NCBI RefSeq assembly: GCF_963921235.1
Contig: NC_086097.1
Coordinates: 158,598,001 to 158,662,000, forward strand
Origin: Mobula hypostoma
Lineage: Eukaryota
Length of the DNA: 64,000 bases
Reading direction: 5' to 3'
Below the pieces are notes generated by a model. That model was not told where the DNA came from and did no database searches. It saw only the letters and a program-made list of their open reading frames with translations. Position numbers and translations under genes: made by a program. Of the stretch, positions 35,621 to 47,649 are shown piece after piece; position 1 is the stretch's first letter; every line of letters begins with the position of its first letter.

Positions 35621-37219
35621 CAGGTTTCCCCCACCATCCGAAGGCAGAGCGTTCCTATGAAACGGTTCGTAAGCCAAAATGTCGTAAAGCGAAGAAGCAA
35701 TTACCATTTATTTATATGGGGAAATTTTGTGAACGTTCGCAGACCCAAAAATAACCTACCAAATCATGCCAAATAACACATAAAACCTAAAATAACAGTA
35801 ACATATAGTAAAAGCAGGAATGATATGATAAATACACAGCCTATATAAAGTAGAAATACTTTTCCACAATCATAACTGAACTGTTCTCTGTCGCGAAAAT
35901 CTCACGCAAGCGCCGTCGGCAGAAAATCTCAAACAAGCGCTTTTGGCAAAAACACTCTCTCCAGTAACCTTTAAGCTATGATGCTGCCAAATCATACCAA
36001 ATAACACGTAGAAATACACAGCCTATATAAAGTAGAAATAATGTATGTACAGTGTAGTATCACTCACGGGAATCAGGAAGACAGCGCAGAGCACACTGAT
36101 GCTGGTGTGTTAGACTGAGTCGTCGCAGGCTGGGGTGGTGCAGTGGCCTCCACCCTCCAGGCCGCCGAGCGATACATTGCCGCGAAGCATGCAGGAATGC
36201 AGTGGTAGCCGGGAGGCACACAGCACATCTTTAAAACAAAAGCCGAAACAAACATGCTAATTAATTAGGTGCCGCCCGACACGTAATTGTTGGCCCAGAT
36301 CAGTGCCGATTTCTGATTGCGTCGCCTCTGATCTGGGCCGACAATTACGTGTCGGTGGCATCTAATTAATTAGCATATTTATTTCGGCTTTTATCTTAAA
36401 GATGTGCTGTGTGCCTCCCGGCTACTGTTGCATTCTCCGCGAATCGGTACAGTATCTGTCCACGGCCTGGCTGTTGGGGTGGTGGGACACTGGGGTGTCA
36501 TCTCGTCGTCTGTTTCCATTAGAGCAGGCAGCTCATCTTCTCCTATGACTGCCTGCCTCGATGTCGAAGGTCGAGGTTCCTCATCTGCTGTGGTTGATGT
36601 GGAAGGCTTGCTTGACTGCTGAGCTTTGCGCATTTTTCTATCACACAGTTCTTTAATAAGGACTCAACCCATCCTGCAAATATCTCCTAAACTGACATAA
36701 CCTTTCAAAATAAAAGTCGTACTTTATCATTACTCATTTGATTTTGATTGTTATCCTTTTTTCTTCCAATTGCATCAGCTCTTCATCTGTCAGTTCTTGG
36801 TCATGGGATGCCAAAATCTCTTCAACATCATGTTCGTAAGCTTCCACAAGCCAAACTCACGTTGTCCTTACTTTGTTCACCATGATCGAAACGCTTAATT
36901 ATGTCTAATTTTACACTAAGTGTAACACTCTTATGAGCTCTTTCAGGCGTTTCGGATACCTTAGAACTCATCTTGCAAACGTCTGCTCAATGCAACGTGT
37001 TAAAGCAACGTTGGCGAGAATCCGGGGGAGAGCTGCTGCTCGGGGTGCGTGCTGTCTTTTATCGCTCGCTGATTTTTTTGCGCACTGCTTTTTTATCGCG
37101 CGCTGCTTTTTTTCGTAACAGTGAAAACACCTTCTGAAAGCGAAAACAGAGTACTAATGTAGGTCTTCCGTAACAATGAGGTTTCATAAAGCGAACGTTC
37201 AAAAAGCGGGGGACACCTG
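35621..37219 (-). mobile_element. Tigger/pogo-like DNA transposon, internally deleted
   Basis: TIRs CAGGT(T/G)TCCCCC, TA flanks at 35619-35620 and 37220-37221; minus-strand transposase C-terminal remnant near 36750-36860 (DVEEILASHDQELTDEELMQLE). Confidence 0.88.
36195..36435. repeat. Long inverted repeat (about 109-bp arms, about 24-nt loop) inside the Tigger element
   Basis: gaatgcagtggtagccgggaggcacacagcacatcttt...ggcccagatcag is mirrored by ctgatctgggcc...aaagatgtgctgtgtgcctcccggctactgttgcattc. Confidence 0.92.
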
Positions 37220-37844
37220 TACATACTTAGGCAATATTCCACATTGTCGGGTAGAATCTAATTGTAACTTTATTGAGGCAGCTTGGTCAGAGGCTCGGGG
37301 TGCAGGTCAGCATTTTGATTTGATTGCTTTTGCTGTATCCATTGCTCTCAGTGGTTTGTTGACACTGAATTTACAAGATTCTATGTGGTAGTGATTGCAG
37401 GAAGAAGCCAAAGTGCATTATCTGGTTAGCACATTTGGCTGAATATGGTCATGAATGCTCCACCCTTTTCCTTAGCACATATGTGCTCAGCTCTGCCATC
37501 AATGAGGATAAGAGTGATCTTAGAGCTCCTATTCCATTCGCTGTATAACCATTCAACATCAAACATAGTATGTGTGGTTAATATCTATTGGTCTGGAGTT
37601 TCAAATGCATGGCTTCAATATGCACACTAAAAAATTTGTTCCAAAGGTTTTTTGCCTGCATTACAACAGTGATTGAACTCTTGATTTTTATTTTAATCAT
37701 TGGGGTGTCACACATCTCCAAGATTTTCTATGCAGTTTTGGAAAATAAAGTGCTTCAGTTGATTAAAGAAATACTATAAGATCATTAAACATTAGAACAT
37801 ATTTAGGCCATTCAACCCATCAAGTCTGCTGATTTATTTCAAAC

Positions 37845-37970
37845 ACGAGAAAGTGTGCAGATGTTGTAAATTGAAAGCAACATACTGGAGGAATTCAGCA
37901 GGTCAGTAAGAATCTATGGAAAAGAGTAAATAGTTGATGCTTTGGGCTGAGAACCTTCATCAGGATTCCT
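37845..37970 (-). mobile_element. Penelope-like 3' end remnant with degenerate hammerhead
   Basis: Reverse complement CCTGATGAAGGTTCTCAGCCCAAAGCATCAAC. Confidence 0.7.
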
Positions 37971-39079
37971 CCTATTCTGACGTTGGCTCCTACTCTTGGG
38001 TCCCAGACTCTTTTACTATTTGGAAACATTTTCTGCATATCTACTCCATCTAGGACTTTCAATATTCGGTAGATTTCAATGAGATGCTTCCTCATTCTTC
38101 TAAACTCCAGGGAGGACAGGCCCAGGACTTTCAAGCACACTTCATATGTTAATCCTTTCATACCTGGCATCATTTTCATAAACCTCCTCTGCACCTTCTC
38201 AGTTGCTAGCACATCCTTTTGTAGATATGGGACTCAACACATTGCTCCAAATATAGTTAGACAGTGCCTTATAAAGCCTCAACATTATACTGTATCCTTG
38301 TTTTTATATTCTAGTCCTCTGCAAATGAATACTAACATTGCATTTGCCTTCCTTGCTACTAAATCAACCTGCAAGTTGATCTTTAAGAAATCCTCGTCTA
38401 GTCCTCCCAAGTCCTCTTGCAGCTTCACTTTCTGAATTTTCTCCCCATTTGAAAAATAGTTTACACCTTTATTCATTTTACCAATATGCATGGTCATATA
38501 CTTCCGCAAACTGTATTCTATCTGCTGCTTCTTTGACCATTCTCCTAATCTGCTTAAGTCCTTCTGCAGACGCCCTGCCTTCTCAACAGTACCTGGCCCT
38601 CCACCTATCTTTGTATTGTTTGCAAACTGGCCAGAAATTTTGTCATCCAAATCATTGACATATAAGCTGAAAAGAAGCGATTCTAAAACCAACCAGAGGA
38701 GGCCATTCCCATTATTTGCCTTCTGCCAGTCAGCCAATCTTCTTTTCATGCCAGTATCTTTCCTGTAATACCATGGACTCCTATCTTGTTTAGCAGCCTC
38801 ACATGCAGCATCTTGTCAAAGGCCTTTTGAAAATCCAAGTAAACAGCATCCATTGACTACTCTGATTGCCTGTTATTTCCTCAAAAAATTTCAACAGATT
38901 TGTCAGGAAAGACTTTTCCCTTAATGAAATTATGCCAACTTAGGCCTATTTTATCATGTCCCTCCAAGCACCCCAAATTGCATTATCAGTAATAGGCTCT
39001 AACATCTTCTCTTCCACTGATGTCCGGTTGACTGTCGTATAATTTCCTGTCTTATGCATCCCACCCTTAAAAAGTCAAG

Positions 39080-39194
39080 CAACACACATCAAAGCTGCTG
39101 GTGAATGCAGCAGGCCAGGCAGCATCTCTAGGCAGAGGTACAGTCGACGTTGCTTGAATTTCCAGCATCTGCAGAATTCCTGTTGTTTGCGTTT
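39080..39194. mobile_element. 115-bp 5'-inverted Penelope terminal insertion
   Basis: 14-bp TSD CTTAAAAAGTCAAG at 39066-39079 and 39195-39208; left part is minus-strand PLE end, right part is plus-strand PLE end. Confidence 0.88.
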
Positions 39195-40697
39195 CTTAAA
39201 AAGTCAAGTTATGTCATTGTTGATTAACTGGACTCTGAAAACTTGCATTTGTTCCTCATCACACTTTAGTTACTTGTGCACAAAGAGAACAGCCTGCCAC
39301 CTGTTACCAAAGTATTCTAAAGTTTGAGTAAAGAAATTGCATTTTTAATAAGAAATTGACTAATTAGATATAGATATTGAACAATTGGTAACCTTGTGGA
39401 TATTCAAATTGCTTATTTTCATAATCAATTATCAATCTCTCTACAGTAATATAGGTGTTAATAACCAATGGAGTCTGCATGTTAAAGGCCAATGATACTT
39501 CAAATTGATAAAATAACTGACCTATAGTTTACAGTATGTCATCATTTGCATCCGTATCTTGTTTCAGTGTGCCAAATAATCCTGATCCCATGCTGGCTAA
39601 AGGGGAGCTATGCTCCAAAGGACTGTTCCATGTCAATTGTCTGTGCACTCCCTGTAAGCTATCCTTGCCTGGACGTTTTCTTAATCGTTGTCTAGACACA
39701 GATTCTATAGTAACATTGGTGATTTTCCAGTCCTGTAGAATCATTCGAAAATATAATGATCACTACTAATGCTTCCACAATCTCTTCAGCTACCTCTTTC
39801 AGAATCCTGGGTGTAACCCATCTGATCCAGGTGACTTATAGACCTTCAAACCTTTCAGCCTCCAAGGCACCTTTTCCTTAGTAACAGCGACTACACTCAC
39901 TTCTGTCCCCTGACATTCTTAAATTTCTGACATGCTGCTTGTGTCTTCCACAGTGAAGACTGCTACAAAATACTTATTAATCTATCATCTCTTTGGTCCC
40001 CATTACTGTCTTTTCAGCATCATTTTTCAATGGCCTGGTGTCCACTCTTGCTTCCCTTTTACTCTTCATATACCTGCAAAATCTATTGGTATCCTCTTTT
40101 AGATTGTTGTCTGGCTTTCAGTTTTCGTCTTTTCCCTCCATGTTGCTTTTTAGTTGCATCCTGTTAGTTTTTAAAATCTTCCCTGTCGTTTAGCTTCCTA
40201 CTAAGTTTTTCAATATTGTATGCTCTCTTTTGCTTTTATGCTGCCTTGGAGTTCCCTTGTTAGCCACAGTTGCCTCATACTCCCTTTGGCATGCTCCCTC
40301 TTTGGGCTGAACTGATCATGCATCATCCAATTTACTCCCAGAAACTCCAGACATCCCTTCCAATCATCTTTGGCCAGCTCCTCTCTCATGCCTTTGTGGT
40401 TACTTTTATTCCACTGTAACATTAATACATCTGATTTTAGCTTTTCCCTCTTAAATTAGAAGGTTAATTCTAGCATATTATGATCACCTCCTCCTAAGGG
40501 TTCCCTTACCCTTAAGCCCATAAATCAAATCTGTTAATTACACGATACTCATTCCAGAATTGTCTTTTCCCTTGTAGGCTTGACAGCAAGCTGCTCTAAA
40601 AGCCATCCCAAAAGTATTCTACAAATTCCTTCAACCAACACACATCAAAGTTGCTGGTAAACGCAGCAGGCCAGGCAGCATCTATTGGAAGAGTTTC

Positions 40698-40733
40698 AGT
40701 TGACGTTTCAGGCCAAGACCCTTCGTCAGGACT
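40698..40733 (-). ncRNA. Minimal hammerhead ribozyme motif (PLE)
   Basis: Reverse complement AGUCCUGACGAAGGGUCUUGGCCUGAAACGUCAACU. Confidence 0.75.
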
Positions 40734-41130
40734 AACTGAAGGAAGAGTTAGTAAGAGATTTGAAAGTGAGAGGGGGAGGGGGAGATCCAAAATGATAGGA
40801 GAAGACAGGAGGGGGAGGGATGGAGCCAAGAGCTGGACAGATTGGCAAAGGGGATATGAGAGGATCATGGGACAGGAGGCCCAGGGAGAAAGACGGATCT
40901 CTCACTCTCCTTTTTCTCCCTCTGTCCCTCTGACTATACCTCTCGCCCATCCTCAGTTCCCCCCCCCCCGTCTTTCTCCCCGGATCTCCTGTCCCATGAT
41001 CCTCTCATATCCCCTTTGCCAATCACCTGTCCAACTCTTGGCTCCATCCCTCCCCCTCCTGTCTTCTATCATTTTGGATCTCCCCCTCCCCCTCCAACTT
41101 TCAAATCCCTTACTCACTCTTCCTTCAGTT

Positions 41131-41166
41131 AGTCCTGACGAAGGGTCTTGGCCTGAAACGTCGACT
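41131..41166 (+). ncRNA. Minimal hammerhead ribozyme motif (PLE)
   Basis: AGUC-CUGACGA-AGGGUCUUGGCCU-GAAAC-GUC-GACU. Confidence 0.82.
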
Positions 41167-41707
41167 GAAACTCTTCCAATAGATGCTGCCTGGCCTGCTG
41201 CATTTACCAGCAACTTTGATGTGTGTTGCTTGAATTTCCAGCATCTGCAGAATTCCTGTTGTTGCTACAAATTCCTTCTCTTGGTATCCAGCACAACCTT
41301 ATTTTCCCAATTTACCTGCGTATTGAAATCCCCTAAGACCATTATACAGTATATCTCCCATTTTCATTTTTATCCCACAACTTGGCTATTGTTTGGATGC
41401 CTATTGATATCAATAATATTGTTAATATTATTTAGTATTAAGTTTAGGACTCTGACATAAATTGTATTATTAAACTGCATCCTTTTAATATGTACAGAAT
41501 ACTGGATGAAAGTACTGTGGGTGCTCTAGTTTCTTCATCTATTCCAAAGCCATGCAGTTTGATGTTAATAGATCACAGTGTGACCTATTCCCCCTAGTGT
41601 GTGCATGAGTGTTAGAACTTGAGAGTAGTTGATGCGAACGTGGGGAGAATAAGTAAATATGTTCAGTGTAGGATTTGTATAAATATGGGTGTTGATGGGC
41701 TACAGTA

Positions 41708-42271
41708 CAGGCAGTCTCCGGGTTACGAGCGAATTCCGTTCCTGAGTCCGTCTTTAAGTCGAATTTTAACGTAAGTCGGTATGGGTACATCCGGTATTAT
41801 TTAGCGTCCGTTAGTCAAACGTTTGTCTTAGTATATAGTATATATTTTACCTTTCTATGCATATAAAACACTTAAGAAACATATGTATTTCAATAATTAA
41901 ATTGGTGCGTTGTTTAGTAATAATTGTAGCTTTCATCGGGGCAGGGCCTTCACATACTCCATTATTCTCACTTTATCATTTATCCTTTAAAATTGTTCCG
42001 ATCGTTGACCGACTGTAGCTTAGCGCTTTTCCAATAACCGATGGCTTTTCAGCTCTTTCCGATTGCTTTATTATTTCCACTTTATTTTCAATCATGATCG
42101 TTTTCCGTCAACGGAACAGAAACGCTGCAGATTCAGCAGCAGCTGCGGGCGGCGGGTCCTGACCTGAGCTCCCCGGGTCAATGACTTAAAATGGCGGACG
42201 GCGTTCTCCTTCCTCCGTTTGTAAGTACAAGTTGTTTGTAAGTCGGACGTTTGTAACTTGGGAACTGCCTG
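41708..42271. mobile_element. Tigger-like MITE
   Basis: TIR CAGGCAGTCTCCGGGTTAC versus right-end reverse complement CAGGCAGTTCCCAAGTTAC; TA left flank, CA right flank; subterminal GTAAGTCGG repeats. Confidence 0.78.
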
Positions 42272-42685
42272 CATGTGGATCAAATAGATAAAAGGGCTTG
42301 TTTACATGCTGTACAGCTTTATGATTTGGATGCTGTGAGCCCTGTACTCTCACTCACCCCCTTCCCTCATAGGCCTCCCTCTACTCCAGGTCTCTGATAA
42401 TCACTCAGCCCCCATAGGGCGCCAAACAGTTGACTTCTCGTGCCACACTCGGTGTTGCCCCACTGTTACTGGCTGCATGTGAATCTCAGGCTTCAACATG
42501 GTTCCAGCCTCTGAACAGCCAGGAGGCAGATGCTCTGTTGACAACTGCTCAGCGTGGATCACAAGTTCAAATAAGATATGCAATCATTCATGCAGTCATG
42601 ACGAGTTTCCTTGTGATGTAATTCTTGCAGAATAGAGAGAGGCATTTGAGATTTTGTGAGAGGGTAGATTTAGAAAACATATTAC

Positions 42686-42908
42686 TATGGCGACCCATTT
42701 TCTAGCACACACGAACCGGCTCACAAAACAGCGCGCGCAGGCAGAGGGCCGGCCCCAAAAAGGGCGCCAGGCCATCTTCACCACCAGGGAGGGCGGAAAC
42801 GGGAAGGCTTTAAAGCAGGCTGTGAAGTTCGAATAAATCTCTTTATCGCTACTCCAACTCACCAACTCTGTGTGGTTATTCTAGTGCTGTGTGTAGCACA
42901 CTGCTACA
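42686..42908 (+). repeat. 5' LTR (223 bp)
   Basis: TATGGCGACCC...GCTACA, matches the 3' LTR; contains TTTAAA and AATAAA. Confidence 0.92.
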
Positions 42909-42910
42909 TT

Positions 42911-42924
42911 TGGTGACCCCGACG
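42911..42924 (+). promoter_or_regulatory. Primer binding site complementary to the tRNA-Trp 3' end
   Basis: TGGTGACCCCGACG 2 nt after the LTR; complement of vertebrate tRNA-Trp ...CGUCGGGGUCACCA. Confidence 0.88.
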
Positions 42925-42948
42925 GCCCAAACGATATTTGGGCCAGAG

Positions 42949-45900
42949 ATGACCGATGCCGCATCTGTTCACGCAGTTTTGTTAGAACTGCCAAGCTTTT
43001 TGGCCACTGAGACCCCGTCTGTGGTTGGAACAGGCAGAAGCACAATTCCACATTCGGCAGATAACCTCGGAGTCCACTCGCTACTACTACGTGCTGAGCT
43101 CTCTCGACCAAGAGACTGCTGCACAAATTGAGGAGTTTGTACAGTTGCCCCCGGAGAACGGCAAATACACAGCATTCAAAGCCCTGATCATAACGACTTT
43201 CGGACTCTCACGGCGCGAACGAGCACGCTGCTTAATACACCTGGATGGTATGGGAGACAGGCCGCCATCAGCATTAATGAACGAGATGCTGGCCCTGGCT
43301 GAAGGACACAAACCCTGCCTCATGTTTGAGCAGGCGTTCCTAGAGCAACTGCCCAAGGACATACGCCTGCTGCTGTCCGACACAGATTTCAGCGACCTCC
43401 GGGAGGTGGCGGCCCGAGCAGATGTGTTGTGAAATGCCAAGAAGGAGAGAGGGGCATCCGTCGCACAGATCACCAAGCCGCGTACCCAACAACAGACCAG
43501 ACCAGGCCCGGCAGCAGAGCCCAACGAACAATGGTGCTTCTATCACCAGCGGTGGGGCACAGAGGCCCGCTGCTGTAGACTACCCTGCAAATTCCTGGGA
43601 AACGCCAAGGCCCAGCCGTCGCTGATTGCTAAGGCGGCTGGCCATCAGGACAGCCTCCTGTACGTCTGGGACAAGCAGTCGGGACGCCGATTTTTGGTTG
43701 ACACTGGAGCAGAGATCAGCGCCTTACCTCCAACGAGTTACGACACCCGCAACAGAGAACCCGGACCCACCCTGAGGGCCGCAAATGGCAGCACAATACG
43801 AACCTATGGCACCCGTACGGTGCGGCTACAGTTCAGCTCCAGCTGGTTCACGTGGGACTTCACACTGGCCGCCGTGGCCCAACCACTCCTGGGGGCGGAT
43901 TATCTGCGAGCCCACAGCCTGCTGGTCGACCTGCAAGGGAAGCAACTAGTCCACGCCAAGACTTTTCAAACGTTCTCCCTGGGTGAAGCTAAGTTGCCAG
44001 CCCCACATCTGGACTCCATCACGCTGTCCAACGATGAATTCACCAGGGTCCTGGCGGATCTCCCATCTGACACCGCAATTCACGGCAGCCATGCCCAGAC
44101 ACGGAGTACAGCAACACATCCCGACCCAGGGACCATCCCTCCACGCCCGTGCTCGAAGGCTTCCCCCGTACAAGCTCCGACTGGCGAAGGAGGGGTTCAA
44201 GAAGATGGAGGAATTGGGGATCATACGACGGTCCGACAGCCCATGGGCCTCCCCACTGCACATGGTACCCAAGGCAACGGGGGGCTGGAGAACATGCGGT
44301 GACTACCACAGACTGAACGAGGCTACAACGTCAGACCGCTACCCTGTGCCGCACATTCAGGACTTTGCAGCAAACCTACACGGCGCAAGGATCTTTTCCA
44401 AGGTAGACCTCGTCCAGGGTACCATCAAATCCCGGTACATCCGGACGACATCCCCAAAACAGCACTCATCACCCCGTTTGGACTTTTCGAATTTCTCCGA
44501 ATGCCGTTTGGTCTAAAGAATGCCGCACAGATGTTCCAGCGGCTAATGGACGCGGTGGGATGAGACCTGGACTTCACATTCATCTGTTTGGACGACATCC
44601 TCATAGCCAGCAGTAGTCGTCAAGAGCATCTGTCCCACCTCCGCCAGCTCTACTCCCGCCTGAGCGAATTCGGCCTTACAATCAACCCAGCCAAATGCCA
44701 GTTCGGACTTGATACCATCGACTTCCTGGACCACAGGATTACTGAAGACGGGGCAACCCCACTGCCCGCCAAGGTAGACGCGGTTCGCAACTTCCCCCGA
44801 CCCAACACAATCAAAGGCCTGCAGGAATTCGTGGGTATGGTGAATTTCTACCACTGTTTCCTCCCCTTAGCAGCCCACACCATGCGCCCCCTGTTCACTC
44901 TGATGTCGGGTAAGGGCAAGGACATTACCTGGGACGAAGAGGCTGCAGCCGCCTTCGTTAAAACCAAAGAAGCCTTGGCAAACGCCGCGATGCTAGTGCA
45001 CCCCAGAACGGACGTTCCTACTGCCCTCACGGGGGACGCATCCAGCACAGCGGTCGGTGGAGTGCTGGAACAACTCATCAAGGGTCGCTGGCAACCCCTG
45101 GCATTCTTCAGCAAACACCCACGACCACCTGAACTCAAATACAGTGCTTTCAACCGGGAGCTATTGGCACTATACCTGGCAATCCGGCATTTCAGGTACT
45201 TCTTAGAAGGTAGGCCCTTCACCGCGTTCACAGACCACAAACCGCTTACCTTTGCGTTCATGAAGGTGTCCAACCCCTGGTCGTCCTGCCAGCAGTGACA
45301 TCTGTCCTACATCTCCGAGTACACAACGGACATCCGGCATGTCTCTGGAAAGGACAACGTCGTGGCGGACGCACTATCCAGACCTACCATACAGGCCCTG
45401 TCCCAGGGGGTGGACTATGCAGCGCTGGCAGAGGCACAGCAGGCAGACGCTGAGATCCCCAGTTACAGGACTGCAGTCTCCGGTTTGCAGCTCCAAGACC
45501 TCCCCGTAGGCCCAGGTGAGAGGACCCGACTGTGTGACGTAGCTACCGGCCTACCCCGCCCTGTCGTCCCAGCAGCCTGGTGCCGGCGGGTGTTCGAATC
45601 CATTCACAACTTAGCGCACCCCTCCATCAGGACAACCGTCCGGCTGGTCGCCAACAGGTTTGTGTGGCATGGTCTTCGTAAGCAGGTCAGTGAATGGGCC
45701 AAAACGTGCATGCAGTGCCAAATGGCCAAGGTTCAGCGGCACACCAAGGCTCCGCCGCAGCGGTTCGAACCCACCCGCTGGAGGTTCGACCACATTCATG
45801 TGGATATCGTGGGGCCCCTGCCAGTGTCACGAGGAGCGCGGTATCTCCTAACTATGATAGATCGGTTCATGAGATGGCCGGAGGCAGTCCCGCTCACCGA

Positions 45901-46708
45901 CACCACCTCCGAATCGTGTGCCCGAGCACCGATCGCAACCTGGATAGCCCGCTTCGGGGTACCGGCCCACATTACCTCCGACAGGGGCGCCCAGTTCACC
46001 TCCAGCCTGTGGTCGGCTATGGCCAACCTTTTAGGATCGCAGCTACACCACACAACTGCCTACCACCCACAGCTGAACGGACTAGTGGAGCGTTTCCACC
46101 GTCACCTGAAATCGGCTCTCATGGCCCGCCTGGAGGGGCCTAACTGGGTGGACGAGCTTCCCTGGGTTCTGCTTGGAATCCGCACGGCGCCCAAGGAAGA
46201 TCTGCACACCTCGCCGGCCGAGTTGGTGTACGGCGCACCCCTGGTCGTCCCAGGAGAGTTCATACCAGCCCCAAGGGGGCAAGAGAAAGAACCCGCAGCA
46301 GTCCTGGACAGACTATGTGAGAGGCTCGGTAACCTGGCCCCCATACCCACTTCACAACACGGACAGAGCCCGACCTGCGTACCCAAAGACCTGCAGAACT
46401 GTAAGTTTCTTTTTGTACGACGGGGCGGACACTGGGCACTGCTACAGCGGCCCTACGAGGGGCCGTTTAAGGTGATCAGGAACAACGGGTCCACATTTGT
46501 GCTGGACATTGGGGGGAGAGAGGAGGTTTTCACGGTGGACCGACTGAAACCGGCCCATGTGGACTTGGCGCAGCCGGTCCAGGCTGAGGCACCGCGGCAC
46601 AGGGGCAGACCTCCCAAACAGAGGCCGATCCAGACTGTGGACATTGGGGGAGGTATCGCCGGTTCCGGGGGGGTGGGGGGGGTGTTTATGTGGCGACCCA
46701 CTTTCTAG
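42949..46708 (+). pseudogene. Gypsy gag-pol polyprotein, disrupted by stops and frameshifts; integrase segment 45362-46708 is open
   Basis: Gag (EQAEAQF, WCFYHQRWG...CC...PC), protease LVDTGA, RT (SPWASPLH, DRYPVP, CLDD in place of YxDD), RNase H (DAS, YSAFNRELLA, TDHKPL), integrase HHCC and D-D-E; TGA stops at 43430, 44561, 45296; frameshifts near 43000, 44065, 44420. Confidence 0.92.
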
Positions 46709-46974
46709 CACACACGAACCGGCTCACAAAACAGCGCGCGCAGGCAGAGGGCCGACCCCAAAAAGGGTGCCAGGCCATCTTCACCAGCAGGGGGAAAATC
46801 CCGCGCGCGGAAAGGGTCTGGGAATAGGCATTCCCCACAGTAGTCCCACCCGGGGAGCGCGGGAACAGGAAGGCTTTAAAGCAGGCCGCGAAGTCTGAAT
46901 AAATCTCTTTATCGCAACTCCAACTCACCGACTCCGTGTGGTTATTCTAGCACTGTGTGTAGCACACCGCTACA
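46689..46974 (+). repeat. 3' LTR (286 bp)
   Basis: TGTGGCGACCC...CGCTACA with canonical TG..CA ends. Confidence 0.93.
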
Positions 46975-47649
46975 TTTCCACTTGTGAGGAACTGCAGAAT
47001 TGATTGTAACTGCAAAATATCAATAAGCTCAACGAAGATGTTTGGAGGAGTCTCTTGAAATGAAACGTTATCTTATCCTCTACCATATAAAATTGTTGAG
47101 GTAAATAAACGTATTAAAGCAGGAAGTGAGGTAGGTACTGGATTCACATGACTGATCCTGCGAGGGATGATGATGTCTGATGTAGAGAGTGAGCAAATAA
47201 ATTAGATCTTTATTCACACGAATCAAGGAAATGAACCCATCAGTCTCTGCCTTTAAGTATATCCATTAAATTTCATGACACGTGCTGTTGATAATAAATA
47301 TGATTCTGATAACTTGACCTCCACAGCCCTCTGAAATCAGAAAATGTAATCACTCGTACCACATGTTTCATAAGTATGTATCATAAGGAGAAATTTAACC
47401 CATCAAGGTTAGCAATCCCTTTGCTGCTCTGCATCTTTCTCTTTCACATGCCCATTTTGATTTGTTTTCACTTACTCCACCGTAGGGTAATATGCAGCAG
47501 CCTGTTAACCTACCAGCATATTTTTGGGATGTAGGAAGTAACTGGAGCACACAGGAAAGGTTATATAATCACAGAGAATTCTTGTAAACTTCACACACTT
47601 AGCACTAGATGTCAGGATCAAACAAATACTCTAGAGAAGCAGCACTACC

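Larger units (their letters stand above)
40633..41264. mobile_element. Penelope terminal repeat pair in inverted orientation (632 bp)
   Basis: 14-bp TSD CTACAAATTCCTTC at 40619-40632 and 41265-41278; arms about 40635-40892 and 40970-41228 are near-identical reverse complements. Confidence 0.92.
37975..41400 (-). mobile_element. Long degraded CR1 LINE interrupted by two PLE insertions
   Basis: ORFs 37895-38212 (EKVQRRFMKMMPG), 38285-38749 (YVNDLD, FANNTKIGG), 39529-39744 (DWKITNVT), 40210-40422 (MREELAKDDW). Confidence 0.82.
42686..46974 (+). mobile_element. Complete Ty3/Gypsy LTR retrotransposon (4289 bp), decayed
   Basis: Two LTRs, PBS, G-rich PPT at about 46666-46682, domain order gag-PR-RT-RH-IN; flanks TTAC/TTTC may be a mutated 4-bp TSD. 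Confidence 0.95.

Noticed and set aside
40651..41460. 269-aa ORF
   Set aside because: Reads through the inverted PLE terminal repeats; low complexity, no domain, non-ATG start
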